In this document: positions 19,439-27,658 of the stretch, one piece after another | Layout: each line of letters opens with the position of its first letter | Position numbering within the stretch: the first letter of the stretch is position 1 | Notes under the pieces: generated by a model | What the model was told of the DNA's origin: nothing | Database searches by the model: none | The model's input: the letters and a program-made list of their open reading frames with translations, nothing else | Made by a program: the position numbers and the translations under genes | Assembly (NCBI GenBank): GCA_017457345.1 | Contig: JAFTHR010000116.1 | Location: 1 to 27,658, forward strand | Source of the DNA: Clostridia bacterium | Lineage (GTDB): Bacteria; Bacillota; Clostridia; Christensenellales; Borkfalkiaceae | DNA: 27,658 bases | Reading direction: 5' to 3'

Positions 19439-20250
19439 AATTTATCCCCCGTAAAGTCTTTATTGAAGATTTTATTCATCTCGCCGTTTTCAGCGATTTG
19501 GTTAAGGTTTTCAAAATACTCTTGTACGAGTGCGGCAGTTGGTTCAACTGCGTTTTTCATATTTTGTGCAAGCACCACGTTGCATTCGCTGCAACGAGGA
19601 TCGTCCTTTTTATGCAAGAACATATCGCCGAACTTGCGGTCCATTTTTGCAATTTTAAGAACTAAGTGCGCCAAGCCGTGGAACAGATAACTGCGGCTCA
19701 CGAACATACCGTTAATGGTGCGAATCGTTTTGATAGCGCTTTTTAAAACGTCTTCCGATTCGTTTAATAAAAGGGCGGCGGCAGAAGCCGTTCCGTTTTC
19801 GCTGTTTAAGTGTTTCGCGGGGTTGTATCCTGCAATTTTCAATCCGTTTTCACGGAGCAGGTATTTATCGAACTCCGATTCAATTTTTCCGTGGGATACG
19901 CCCGTGTCTTCTAATTTATAAATATCGCCATGGCAAGCGTCGTCTAAACCGAAATGGCAAATAAAACCTGCGGCGTATGCACCTGCCGCCGTTTCAAGCG
20001 GATCTTCGTTTTGCGCTACGAGCGTTTTTGCCGTGGGCAAAAAGAAGTTTTTCGCGGGAGCAAAGTGCATATCCAACCCCTTTTTGCGGTTGGAGTTTTT
20101 GGAGAGCGGCTTATAGTAAAATAAGATATCCGGACCGTGTAAGCCGAGATAAAAAGCCGTTTTATGTTTTTCAATTTTTTCTTGCATTTGCGCGGGCAAT
20201 TTCTCGAATACGAGTTCACCGAAACGCTTATGCGCGTAAGTAGAGGGCAT
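19435..20250 (-). CDS. Zinc-dependent phospholipase C family protein, no signal peptide evident
   Basis: N-terminal MP..YAH, G..GPDILFYY, GFICHF.LD..CH and H..IE..FD metal-ligand pattern. AGGAGG RBS; 4 nt overlap with the MFS gene. Confidence 0.8.
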   Translation of the reverse strand: MPSTYAHKRFGELVFEKLPAQMQEKIEKHKTAFYLGLHGPDILFYYKPLSKNSNRKKGLDMHFAPAKNFFLPTAKTLVAQNEDPLETAAGAYAAGFICHFGLDDACHGDIYKLEDTGVSHGKIESEFDKYLLRENGLKIAGYNPAKHLNSENGTASAAALLLNESEDVLKSAIKTIRTINGMFVSRSYLFHGLAHLVLKIAKMDRKFGDMFLHKKDDPRCSECNVVLAQNMKNAVEPTAALVQEYFENLNQIAENGEMNKIFNKDFTGDKL

Positions 20251-20274
20251 AACCGTACCTCCTGTTCTTTTTTA

Positions 20275-20302
20275 ATTATAACACATTTTCCGAAAAAAGC
20301 AA
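20275..20302 (-). promoter_or_regulatory. SigA promoter for the phospholipase-MFS pair
   Basis: On the minus strand: TTGCTT, 16 nt spacer, TATAAT, with a TG extension one base upstream of the -10. Confidence 0.7.
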
Positions 20303-20361
20303 TGAAATGAACGTTAAAAACTTAAAAAACCCCGTTCGCGTGCGTCAAAAACGCCGAAAAA

Positions 20362-20391
20362 GCATAAAAATCTTGCAGTTGCGAATACTTT
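20362..20391 (+). promoter_or_regulatory. Possible weak SigE-like promoter for the two hypothetical genes
   Basis: GCATAAA-N15-AATACTTT resembles the SigE consensus (KCATATT-N14/15-CATACAWT) with mismatches. Confidence 0.3.
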
Positions 20392-20415
20392 TTTGGAGAA
20401 TACGGGGGGCGAAAG

Positions 20416-20814
20416 ATGGAAGAAAAACTCCTTTGCTTAATGAAAACGATAGAAAAACGCTGCGGCGAAGGGGAATATCACGTGTTCGCAGACGACGATT
20501 TTTTAGAGTGTTTTTGTTGCGACGGGGAAGAAAACACCCCGCAAAAAGAAGAACTATCTTCGCTCATTCATATCCTTGCCGAGCGCGGTTTTATAGGCGT
20601 CAAATACGCGCGCGAAGGGATGTATTGTTTATGCGCGCGCTCGGCGCTCAAAGAGTTTTTTGAAACAAAAAAGCGGGAAGAAGTTCGGGAGACGGAGCGG
20701 TTGCTTCGTGAAACCGATTTGCAAAAAAAGGAGTTCCTTGTGGCGTTTGCAGGGGGCGCGGCTGGCGCAGCGGCGGCAACGGTAGTATTGCGGCTGTTGG
20801 CGCTTTTGTTTTAA
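20416..20814 (+). CDS. Hypothetical protein, winged-helix-like segment plus C-terminal transmembrane helix
   Basis: 132 aa ORF after a GGGGGG RBS; segment EELSSLIHILAERGFI and hydrophobic tail FLVAFAGGAAGAAAATVVLRLLALLF. Confidence 0.7.
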   Translation: MEEKLLCLMKTIEKRCGEGEYHVFADDDFLECFCCDGEENTPQKEELSSLIHILAERGFIGVKYAREGMYCLCARSALKEFFETKKREEVRETERLLRETDLQKKEFLVAFAGGAAGAAAATVVLRLLALLF

Positions 20815-20826
20815 GGCGGGTAGGAT

Positions 20827-21186
20827 ATGCTGAGTAAAACGGAAAACGAAGTAATGTGCGTGGTATACAAACTTTGCGCGGGTGAAGGCAGGTGTTTAAT
20901 TCCGCCAAAAGAAGTGCTTTCGCATTTTTCACGCAAACAAAAACCGCTCACGGAAGAAAAGTTGGAACGCGTTTTGCGTGCGCTGGAATTAGACGGGTAT
21001 TTTGAACTACTCTCTTCCGACCGAAAGGGGGAAAAGATGTACGTAATCACTCTGCGTGCAAAAGGGTACGCTTTCCGCCGTTTATACGAGCAAGAAAAAC
21101 GCCGCTTTTTTCTCAAACTCGGTTGGGCGGTTGCCTCGGCGGCGATTGCCTTTTTCGTGGGGATGTTGCTCAGCGCCCTTTTTTAA
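20827..21186 (+). CDS. Hypothetical protein, winged-helix-like segment plus C-terminal transmembrane helix
   Basis: 119 aa ORF 12 nt after the previous gene; segment EKLERVLRALELDGYF and hydrophobic tail LGWAVASAAIAFFVGMLLSALF. Confidence 0.75.
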   Translation: MLSKTENEVMCVVYKLCAGEGRCLIPPKEVLSHFSRKQKPLTEEKLERVLRALELDGYFELLSSDRKGEKMYVITLRAKGYAFRRLYEQEKRRFFLKLGWAVASAAIAFFVGMLLSALF

Positions 21187-21215
21187 AAAAGGCGGAAGAA
21201 AGTTCTTGCAATCTA

Positions 21216-21244
21216 TTTACTTTTTTGGGAAAATATGGTATAAT
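21216..21244 (+). promoter_or_regulatory. SigA promoter of uvrBA
   Basis: TTTACT (21216-21), 17 nt spacer, TATAAT (21239-44), with extended -10 TGG. Confidence 0.8.
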
Positions 21245-21246
21245 TA

Positions 21247-21260
21247 CAAACGAATGTTCG
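21247..21260. promoter_or_regulatory. LexA/DinR SOS box
   Basis: CAAACGAATGTTCG is 13/14 to the Firmicute consensus CGAACRNRYGTTCG and sits over the predicted +1 of uvrB. Confidence 0.85.
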
Positions 21261-21282
21261 GTTAAAAGTTTGGAGGAATGGC

Positions 21283-23247
21283 GTGGAATTCAAGTTGCAA
21301 GCACCGTACTCACCCACGGGCGATCAACCGCAAGCAATTGAGAAATTGAGCGAGGGGGTTTTAGACGGAATCCGCACGCAGGTTTTGCTTGGCGTGACGG
21401 GTAGTGGTAAAACGTTCACCATGGCGAACGTTATTCAAAAAGTGAACCGTCCCACCCTTGTAATTGCGCACAATAAAACGCTTGCCGCTCAACTTTGCAA
21501 CGAGTTCCGAGAGTTCTTCCCGGAAAACCGCGTGGAGTACTTCGTTTCGTACTACGATTATTATCAACCGGAAAGTTATATCCCGTCCACCGATACGTAC
21601 ATTGAAAAGGATATGAGTTTAAACGACGAGATCGATAAACTCCGCAACAGCGCTACCTGCTCTTTGATGGAGCGGAAGGACGTGATCGTGGTGGCATCCG
21701 TTTCCTGTATCTACGGGTTAGGTGCGCCGGAAGAGTATTTCCGTTTGTCTATTTCTTTGCGGCCCGGTATGGAGTGGGAGCGCAACGCTTTAATGCGCAA
21801 ACTCATTGAACTTCAATACGCACGCAACGATATTGATTTTAAGCGTTCCACCTTTCGCGTCCGCGGGGATAGTTTGGAGATATTCCCCGCGTCTAATTCC
21901 GAAGTGGCGATTCGCGTGGAATTTTTCGGCGACGAGATAGAAAAGATTTACGAAGTGGAAGCACTCACGGGGAACAAACTCAACGAACTTTCCCACGTGG
22001 CGATTTTCCCTGCGAGTCAGTACGCGGTGGGCACGGAAAAACTTAGAAACGCCCTTTGTATGATTGAGCAGGATTTAAAGGGGGAAGTGCGCGCCTTTGA
22101 AGAGAGCGGCAAAATTTTGGAGTCCCAACGCCTAAAACAACGGGTGGAACACGATTTGGAGATGATGCGCGAGATCGGCTATTGTAGTGGGATTGAAAAT
22201 TATAGCCGCTATTTCGACGGGCGTAAACCCGGCGAGCCTTCTTTCACCCTTCTAGACTATTTTCCTTCGGGCGAGTTCTTGGTATTTATCGACGAAAGCC
22301 ATATGACTCTTCCACAAATCCGCGCCATGTATCACGGGGACTTATCGAGAAAGAAAAATTTGGTGGACTACGGGTTTCGTATGCAAGCGGCGTACGATAA
22401 TCGTCCGCTCACGTTTGAAGAATTCGACGAGCGTATTCCACAACTCATTTGCGTATCGGCAACGCCCGCACCTTACGAGTTAGAACAGTCTGGGCAAACG
22501 GTAGAGCAACTGATTCGTCCAACGGGATTGATCGATCCGAAAGTGGAAGTTCGCCCCACCAAAGGGCAGATAGACGATTTGCTTTCCGATATACACAAGG
22601 TGGTAAATGAAGGGGGCAGGGTATTGATTACCACGCTCACGAAGAAGATGAGCGAAGAACTCACCGACTATTTAAAAGAACACTCCGTAAAGGTGAAATA
22701 TATGCATAGCGATATCGACACGTTAGAGCGTGTGGAGATCGTAAACGGTTTGCGTAGTGGCGAATTCGACGTGCTTTGCGGAATTAACCTTTTGCGTGAA
22801 GGGTTGGACATGCCCGAAGTGAAACTCGTTTCGATATTAGACGCCGATAAGGAAGGCTTTTTGCGCAGCGATACGGCGCTTATCCAAACGATCGGCCGCG
22901 CGGCGCGAAATAGCGAAGGACGGGTAGTGATGTATGCCGACGTAATAACGGGCAGTATGCAACGTGCAATCGGGGAAACGGAACGTAGGCGAAAAATACA
23001 AAACGCTTATAACCTTGAACACGGAATCGTGCCGAAAACGATTGTGAAAGAGATCAAATCCACTTTGAACATCACCAAGAAAAAGGTGCAAGGGGAAGAG
23101 ATTGAATTCAAGGATATTCCAGACGAGATTGAAAAACTTAAAGCCTTAATGAAAGTGGCGAGCGGGCAGTTAGACTTTGAGCGCGCCATTGAAATTAGAG
23201 AAAAGATTGCACAACATAAAGTGAAACTTCGAAAAGGACAAAGATAA
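21283..23247 (+). CDS. uvrB: Excinuclease ABC subunit B
   Basis: [47 protein letters not shown] and a C-terminal UVR domain. GTG start behind GGAGGA. Confidence 0.98.
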   Translation: MEFKLQAPYSPTGDQPQAIEKLSEGVLDGIRTQVLLGVTGSGKTFTMANVIQKVNRPTLVIAHNKTLAAQLCNEFREFFPENRVEYFVSYYDYYQPESYIPSTDTYIEKDMSLNDEIDKLRNSATCSLMERKDVIVVASVSCIYGLGAPEEYFRLSISLRPGMEWERNALMRKLIELQYARNDIDFKRSTFRVRGDSLEIFPASNSEVAIRVEFFGDEIEKIYEVEALTGNKLNELSHVAIFPASQYAVGTEKLRNALCMIEQDLKGEVRAFEESGKILESQRLKQRVEHDLEMMREIGYCSGIENYSRYFDGRKPGEPSFTLLDYFPSGEFLVFIDESHMTLPQIRAMYHGDLSRKKNLVDYGFRMQAAYDNRPLTFEEFDERIPQLICVSATPAPYELEQSGQTVEQLIRPTGLIDPKVEVRPTKGQIDDLLSDIHKVVNEGGRVLITTLTKKMSEELTDYLKEHSVKVKYMHSDIDTLERVEIVNGLRSGEFDVLCGINLLREGLDMPEVKLVSILDADKEGFLRSDTALIQTIGRAARNSEGRVVMYADVITGSMQRAIGETERRRKIQNAYNLEHGIVPKTIVKEIKSTLNITKKKVQGEEIEFKDIPDEIEKLKALMKVASGQLDFERAIEIREKIAQHKVKLRKGQR

Positions 23248-26055
23248 ATGCACGAAATCATTATCAAAGACGCCAGGGAGAATAATTTAAAACACGTAAA
23301 TTTAAGAATACCGAGAAATAAACTCACGGTATTTACGGGGCTTTCCGGTAGCGGGAAGTCCACGTTGGCGTTCGATACCATTTTCGCCGAAGGTCAACGC
23401 CGATACGTGGAGAGTTTGTCTTCGTATGCTCGTCAATTTTTAGGGCAAATGGAAAAGCCGGACGTGGAGAGCATAGAAGGGCTTTCTCCCGCCATTTCTA
23501 TCGACCAAAAAACCACTTCGCACAACCCGCGCTCTACCGTGGGTACGGTGACGGAGATTTACGATTATTTCCGTTTATTATTCGCTCGAATCGGCGTACC
23601 GCATTGCCCCAAGTGCGGTAGAGAAATCCGCCGCCAAACGGTGGACGAAATTGCCGATCGCGTAATGCAAATGGAAACGGGGAGCAAAATTTTAATCAAC
23701 GCTCCCGTGGTTCGTGGCAGAAAGGGCGAATACGCCAAAGAACTTGCGGCGTTTAAAAAGAGCGGCTACGGCAGAGTGAAAATCGACGGCGTGATTTACG
23801 ATTTGCAAGAAGAGATAAAACTAGAAAAAAATCTTCGCCACGATATTTCCGTTGTGGTGGATAGACTAATCGTAAAAGAAGGGATACAAAAACGCTTAAC
23901 GGATAGTTTAGAAACGGCGCTCAAACTTGCCGAAGGGCTGGTGATCGTGTCGTGTGGAGACGTAGACGAATTGTATTCAATAAACTACGCCTGCCCCGAT
24001 TGCGGCATTTCCATTGAAGAGATTGAGCCGCGCTTGTTCTCGTTTAACACGGTATACGGCGCGTGCCCCGATTGTTCGGGGCTTGGGTTTCGGCAAGTAG
24101 TCGACCCCGACCTTATCTGCCCTGATAAAACCAAAACCTTGCGCGAAGGGGCAATGAAAATAACCGGTTGGAACTTGGGCTCGCACTCTATGGCAATGAT
24201 GCAACTTTCGGCGCTTGCAAAGGCCTTTGACTTTTCGTTAGACGTGCCCGTAAAGGATTTACCTAAAGGGGTGTACGAACTTCTTATGTACGGCACGGAC
24301 GAAAAGGTGGAAATGTCCTATACCACCCGTTCGTTTAGTGGTAGTTTTAAAAAGGAATGGGAAGGGTTTGTAAACAATTTGCAGCGCCGCTATGGGCAAA
24401 CGACGTCCGACGGGGTGAAGTACGATATAGAAAAACTGATGCGTTCGTCCCCTTGTAAATCGTGCAATGGAAAGCGGCTTAAAAAGGAAGCGCTGTCCGT
24501 CACGGTGGGCGGAAAGAGCATTTGGGATCTTTGCGAAATGTCCGTTGACGAACTAGACGAGTTTATCGTGAACTTGCAACTCACCAAAACGGAAGAGTTA
24601 ATTGCCGCGGCGATCGTGAAAGAAATTCGCAACCGCTTAGGGTTTTTAAAGAACGTGGGGCTCAACTATTTAACGCTTGCAAGAACGGCAGTCACGCTTT
24701 CGGGCGGTGAAAGCCAACGAATTCGTTTGGCAACGCAAATCGGTAGTGCGCTCACAGGCGTTTTGTATATTTTAGACGAGCCGAGTATCGGCTTGCACCA
24801 ACGGGACAACGAAAAACTTTTGAACTCCTTAAAGGGTTTGCGTGATTTAGGGAATACGCTAATCGTTGTAGAGCACGACGAAGATACCATTCGTGCCGCC
24901 GACCATATCGTGGATATCGGCCCTAGGGCAGGCGTCCACGGAGGCGAAGTGGTGGTGAGTGGCACGCAGGAAGACGTGATGGCTGAGCCGAAGTCTATCA
25001 CGGGGGATTATCTTGCGGGCAGAAGAAAAATCGAAGTGCCCGAACTTCGCTATCGCCCGAACGAGAAATGGCTGGAACTTAACGGTTGCAAACAAAACAA
25101 CTTAAAAAACATTAACGTGAAAATCCCTGCGGGGCTAATTACGGCGGTGACGGGAGTATCGGGTAGCGGAAAATCTAGTTTGGTAAACGAGATTATTTAC
25201 CCTGCGCTTGCCAACCGGTTAAACGGCGCGCACCACGCTTTGGGGAATTGTGAAGAGATTTTGGGCGTGGAGCATTTCGATAAAGTAATTGCGATCGATC
25301 AATCCCCGATCGGCAGAACGCCGCGCAGTAATCCCGCAACGTACACGGGCGTGTTCAATATGATTCGCGACCTGTTTTCTATGACGCAGGATGCGCAAGA
25401 ACGCGGATATAAGGCGGGCAGGTTCTCGTTTAACGTGGCAGGCGGGCGCTGTGAGCATTGTTTTGGGGATGGCATCATCAAGATAGAAATGCACTTCTTG
25501 CCCGATATTTTCGTGCCTTGCGAAGTATGCGGCGGCAAGCGCTACAACCGCGAAACGCTGGAAGTTAAGTACAAGGGTAAGAGTATTTACGACGTGCTGG
25601 ATATGACGGTGGAAGAAGCGTGTGAGTTCTTTAAACCGCTCCCGAATATCTACAATAAAATTAAAACGCTGAACGAAGTGGGATTAGGATATATTAAACT
25701 TGGTCAAAGTTCCACCACCCTTTCGGGCGGGGAAGCGCAGCGGGTAAAACTCGCTACCGAACTTTCCAAGCGCTCCACGGGAAAAACGTTCTATATTCTA
25801 GACGAGCCGACCACGGGCTTGCACACGTACGACGTGGATAAACTGATTAAAATCCTTTTAAAATTGCGCGCAGGCGGCAATACGGTGGTGGTGATTGAAC
25901 ACAATCTAGACGTGATCAAAACGGCGGATTATATCGTGGATTTAGGCCCTGAGGGCGGTGACGGCGGCGGTACGGTCGTTTGCACGGGCACGCCCGAAGA
26001 AGTGGCGCAAAACGAACAAAGTTATACGGGTAGATTTTTAAGAAAAGTATTATAA
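23248..26055 (+). CDS. uvrA: Excinuclease ABC subunit A
   Basis: Two ABC cassettes (GLSGSGKS, GVSGSGKS; LSGGE..R; ILDEP) and CxxC zinc fingers; abuts uvrB (TAAATG). Confidence 0.98.
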   Translation: MHEIIIKDARENNLKHVNLRIPRNKLTVFTGLSGSGKSTLAFDTIFAEGQRRYVESLSSYARQFLGQMEKPDVESIEGLSPAISIDQKTTSHNPRSTVGTVTEIYDYFRLLFARIGVPHCPKCGREIRRQTVDEIADRVMQMETGSKILINAPVVRGRKGEYAKELAAFKKSGYGRVKIDGVIYDLQEEIKLEKNLRHDISVVVDRLIVKEGIQKRLTDSLETALKLAEGLVIVSCGDVDELYSINYACPDCGISIEEIEPRLFSFNTVYGACPDCSGLGFRQVVDPDLICPDKTKTLREGAMKITGWNLGSHSMAMMQLSALAKAFDFSLDVPVKDLPKGVYELLMYGTDEKVEMSYTTRSFSGSFKKEWEGFVNNLQRRYGQTTSDGVKYDIEKLMRSSPCKSCNGKRLKKEALSVTVGGKSIWDLCEMSVDELDEFIVNLQLTKTEELIAAAIVKEIRNRLGFLKNVGLNYLTLARTAVTLSGGESQRIRLATQIGSALTGVLYILDEPSIGLHQRDNEKLLNSLKGLRDLGNTLIVVEHDEDTIRAADHIVDIGPRAGVHGGEVVVSGTQEDVMAEPKSITGDYLAGRRKIEVPELRYRPNEKWLELNGCKQNNLKNINVKIPAGLITAVTGVSGSGKSSLVNEIIYPALANRLNGAHHALGNCEEILGVEHFDKVIAIDQSPIGRTPRSNPATYTGVFNMIRDLFSMTQDAQERGYKAGRFSFNVAGGRCEHCFGDGIIKIEMHFLPDIFVPCEVCGGKRYNRETLEVKYKGKSIYDVLDMTVEEACEFFKPLPNIYNKIKTLNEVGLGYIKLGQSSTTLSGGEAQRVKLATELSKRSTGKTFYILDEPTTGLHTYDVDKLIKILLKLRAGGNTVVVIEHNLDVIKTADYIVDLGPEGGDGGGTVVCTGTPEEVAQNEQSYTGRFLRKVL

Positions 26056-26087
26056 AAAACTCGGCGGAACTACCGCCGAGTTTTTTT
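26054..26087. terminator. Bidirectional intrinsic terminator between uvrA and veg
   Basis: AAAAAA-CTCGGCGG-AACTA-CCGCCGAG-TTTTTTT. Confidence 0.93.
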
Positions 26088-26325
26088 ATAACCGTTTAAT
26101 AATCACGTTGCCGCATAGAACGTCTGAATAAGAATAGGAAGTTTTTCCTAAAAAGTTTTTATCGTCTGGCTGTACGGTAAAAAGGGCGGGATACACGCCC
26201 GAAAGTACGCCGCAATAATCCAGGCGTTTGTTTCTTCCTAAATTGACTCGCACGGCAACTCGCTTTGCCTGACAATCGTTTACCATTCGTTTAACTTCGT
26301 GTATGCTTTTGGTTGGTTTAATCAT
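26086..26325 (-). CDS. veg: Veg family protein
   Basis: V.V.VN.GRNK.....G.L.GVYP.LFTV and SYSYSDVL motifs. Start placed at ATG 26325 (79 aa) rather than at 26382. Confidence 0.88.
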   Translation of the reverse strand: MIKPTKSIHEVKRMVNDCQAKRVAVRVNLGRNKRLDYCGVLSGVYPALFTVQPDDKNFLGKTSYSYSDVLCGNVIIKRL

Positions 26326-26412
26326 AAAAAGAGTATGCCCCTTTCGCTTCCGTTTTATGCCACGATCGGCAATTTTTTCCACGGTTATATAAAATTAGGC
26401 AAAAAACGACGG

Positions 26413-26441
26413 GCATATTCCCCCCTTTTCTTTCATAGAAT
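26413..26441 (+). promoter_or_regulatory. SigE (mother-cell sporulation) promoter
   Basis: GCATATT (26413-19), 14 nt spacer, CATAGAAT (26434-41); a close match to the SigE consensus, upstream of a spore-coat-type gene. Confidence 0.75.
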
Positions 26442-26476
26442 AAAAGGCAACGAAAACGAAAAAGGGGTGCAAGATT

Positions 26477-27658
26477 ATGTCCATTAAACCGCAATACGAA
26501 ACTTATCGCTACACGAGCGAACTTTGTAAAACGCGCAGTCAGTCCATTGTAGAGTGTAGGCTGCCGGGGAGTGAAATCAACGCCGTTTTAAAGGCACACG
26601 CCGCCGTTTCGGCAACGGAGTGTACGTGTACGGACGGCGCGGTGAACGTCACGGGGAAACTGGTTTTAACGGTGATGTACGAAGACGCGAATAAAATGAT
26701 TTGCCGCGCCGAGCGCGGTGCGGAGTTCTTTTTAAAAAGCGAAAATCCGCTCGTCACGCCTGCCTGCGTGGCGAAAACGCTGCTTTCGGCAAAATCGGTG
26801 AATACCCGCCGCGAAGGGTCGGGACTCTATATTTCCGTGGTGGTAGAAGCGGAAACTTCGGTGTTTGGCTCAAAGACGGCGGAACTGTTCACGGGCGGAG
26901 AAAATCTCGTGGTGAAAAAGGAAGAGAAAGGGCTGGTCAAAAGGCTTTGCGTTTCGGCGGAAACGGACGTGGAAGACGAGTTTGAAACGGAGTATTTTGG
27001 CGATTTATTATTGCATAGCGAGCGCGCTTGCGTCTCTTCGGTAAAGCCGCTCGGCGGAGAAATTGAAGTTTGCGGGGAGATCGTTTTGCACCTTTGCGCG
27101 TTAAAAGAGAACGGGCTGCTTTGCTCTTACGAGCGGTTGATTCCGTTCGTTGTCAACGTCCCGTGCGACGAGCCGGGGGTGGAGACCGTTTCGGCAACGG
27201 TAAAGGTGCTTTCTACTTCTTTGCAAGTGACGGCAGACGAAGAAAAAGGGCAGAGCAAAATTGTTGCCGAATGTAGCGTTTGCGCGGACTGCGCAATCTA
27301 CGGAAAAGAAGTGGTGCAATGTGTGACGGACGCCTTTTCCACCACGAATGAAATCCGCTTAAACAGGGAAAATCAGCAGGGCAGGTACTTGTTGAGAGAA
27401 GTTCGTTTTGGGGAACGGGTAAGCGGAAACGCCGCTTTAAACGCCACGTTGGAAACGGATGCAACCTTGCTTGCCGCCGTTTGCCCGCGTGCGGAAATCT
27501 CTTGTAGAAAACGGTACGACGAAGATGGCTACGAAAAGGGTACGGATGCCGAAGGGGCGATCGAAGCGGACGTTGTGTTTAAGTCGGCAGACGGATTGCA
27601 TAAAACGGCAACGCTCTCTTTGCCTTTTGCCTTCCCCGTGGCGGCAGACGAAGCGGAA
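26477..27658 (+). CDS. DUF3794 (SPOCS) domain spore-coat morphogenetic protein, SipL-like, 3'-truncated by window edge
   Basis: Not in the ORF track because it has no stop. I read an open frame from ATG 26477 (AAAGGGG RBS) to the window end, 394 codons. It shows repeated beta-rich units (V.V.GKLVLTVMY, IEV.GEIVLHL, G.IEADVVF) and neighbours veg. Family call is from recall. Confidence 0.7.
   Translation, partial: MSIKPQYETYRYTSELCKTRSQSIVECRLPGSEINAVLKAHAAVSATECTCTDGAVNVTGKLVLTVMYEDANKMICRAERGAEFFLKSENPLVTPACVAKTLLSAKSVNTRREGSGLYISVVVEAETSVFGSKTAELFTGGENLVVKKEEKGLVKRLCVSAETDVEDEFETEYFGDLLLHSERACVSSVKPLGGEIEVCGEIVLHLCALKENGLLCSYERLIPFVVNVPCDEPGVETVSATVKVLSTSLQVTADEEKGQSKIVAECSVCADCAIYGKEVVQCVTDAFSTTNEIRLNRENQQGRYLLREVRFGERVSGNAALNATLETDATLLAAVCPRAEISCRKRYDEDGYEKGTDAEGAIEADVVFKSADGLHKTATLSLPFAFPVAADEAE

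Noticed and set aside
20307-20663. 118-aa overlapping ORF upstream of and over the 20416 gene
   Set aside because: Low-complexity basic sequence spanning a promoter region. The 20416 frame has the better RBS and a paralogous neighbour.
26326-26365. SigE-like GCATAAA...CATACTCT on the minus strand before veg
   Set aside because: The spacer is 16 nt and the -10 lies between the RBS and the start codon, so it is not a workable promoter.

Overview
This is ~27.7 kb of core chromosome from a probably spore-forming clostridial Firmicute (Bacillota). That assignment is inferred from the SigA/SigE-type promoters, a Firmicute LexA box, veg and a SipL-like gene. In order, the window holds: (1) a branched-chain amino-acid operon entering from the left (ilvB partial, ilvN, ilvC, ilvD, DUF3267-like membrane peptidase, leuC, leuD, leuB, DUF815-like AAA+ ATPase, ilvA, ridA) closed by a terminator; (2) a histidine operon (hisR/yerC-hisZGDCBHAF-hisIE) with a near-consensus SigA promoter overlapped by a HisR-type palindrome; (3) a convergent pair encoding a Zn-phospholipase-C-family protein and a UMF1-type MFS transporter; (4) two small related proteins with a winged-helix-like domain and C-terminal membrane helix; (5) uvrBA with an SOS box; (6) veg, and a divergent SigE-promoter-driven DUF3794/SipL-like gene that runs off the right end. 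I saw no mobile element, CRISPR array, rRNA or tRNA. The stand-out anomaly is a single in-frame TGA (17682-17684) in hisIE. It falls exactly on the middle Zn-ligand Cys of the C-x15-CH-x5-C motif, the frame stays open for 123 more codons, and a hairpin with partial SECIS-like features follows. This may be UGA recoding (Sec or Cys), a recent nonsense mutation or a base-call error; the sequence alone cannot decide.
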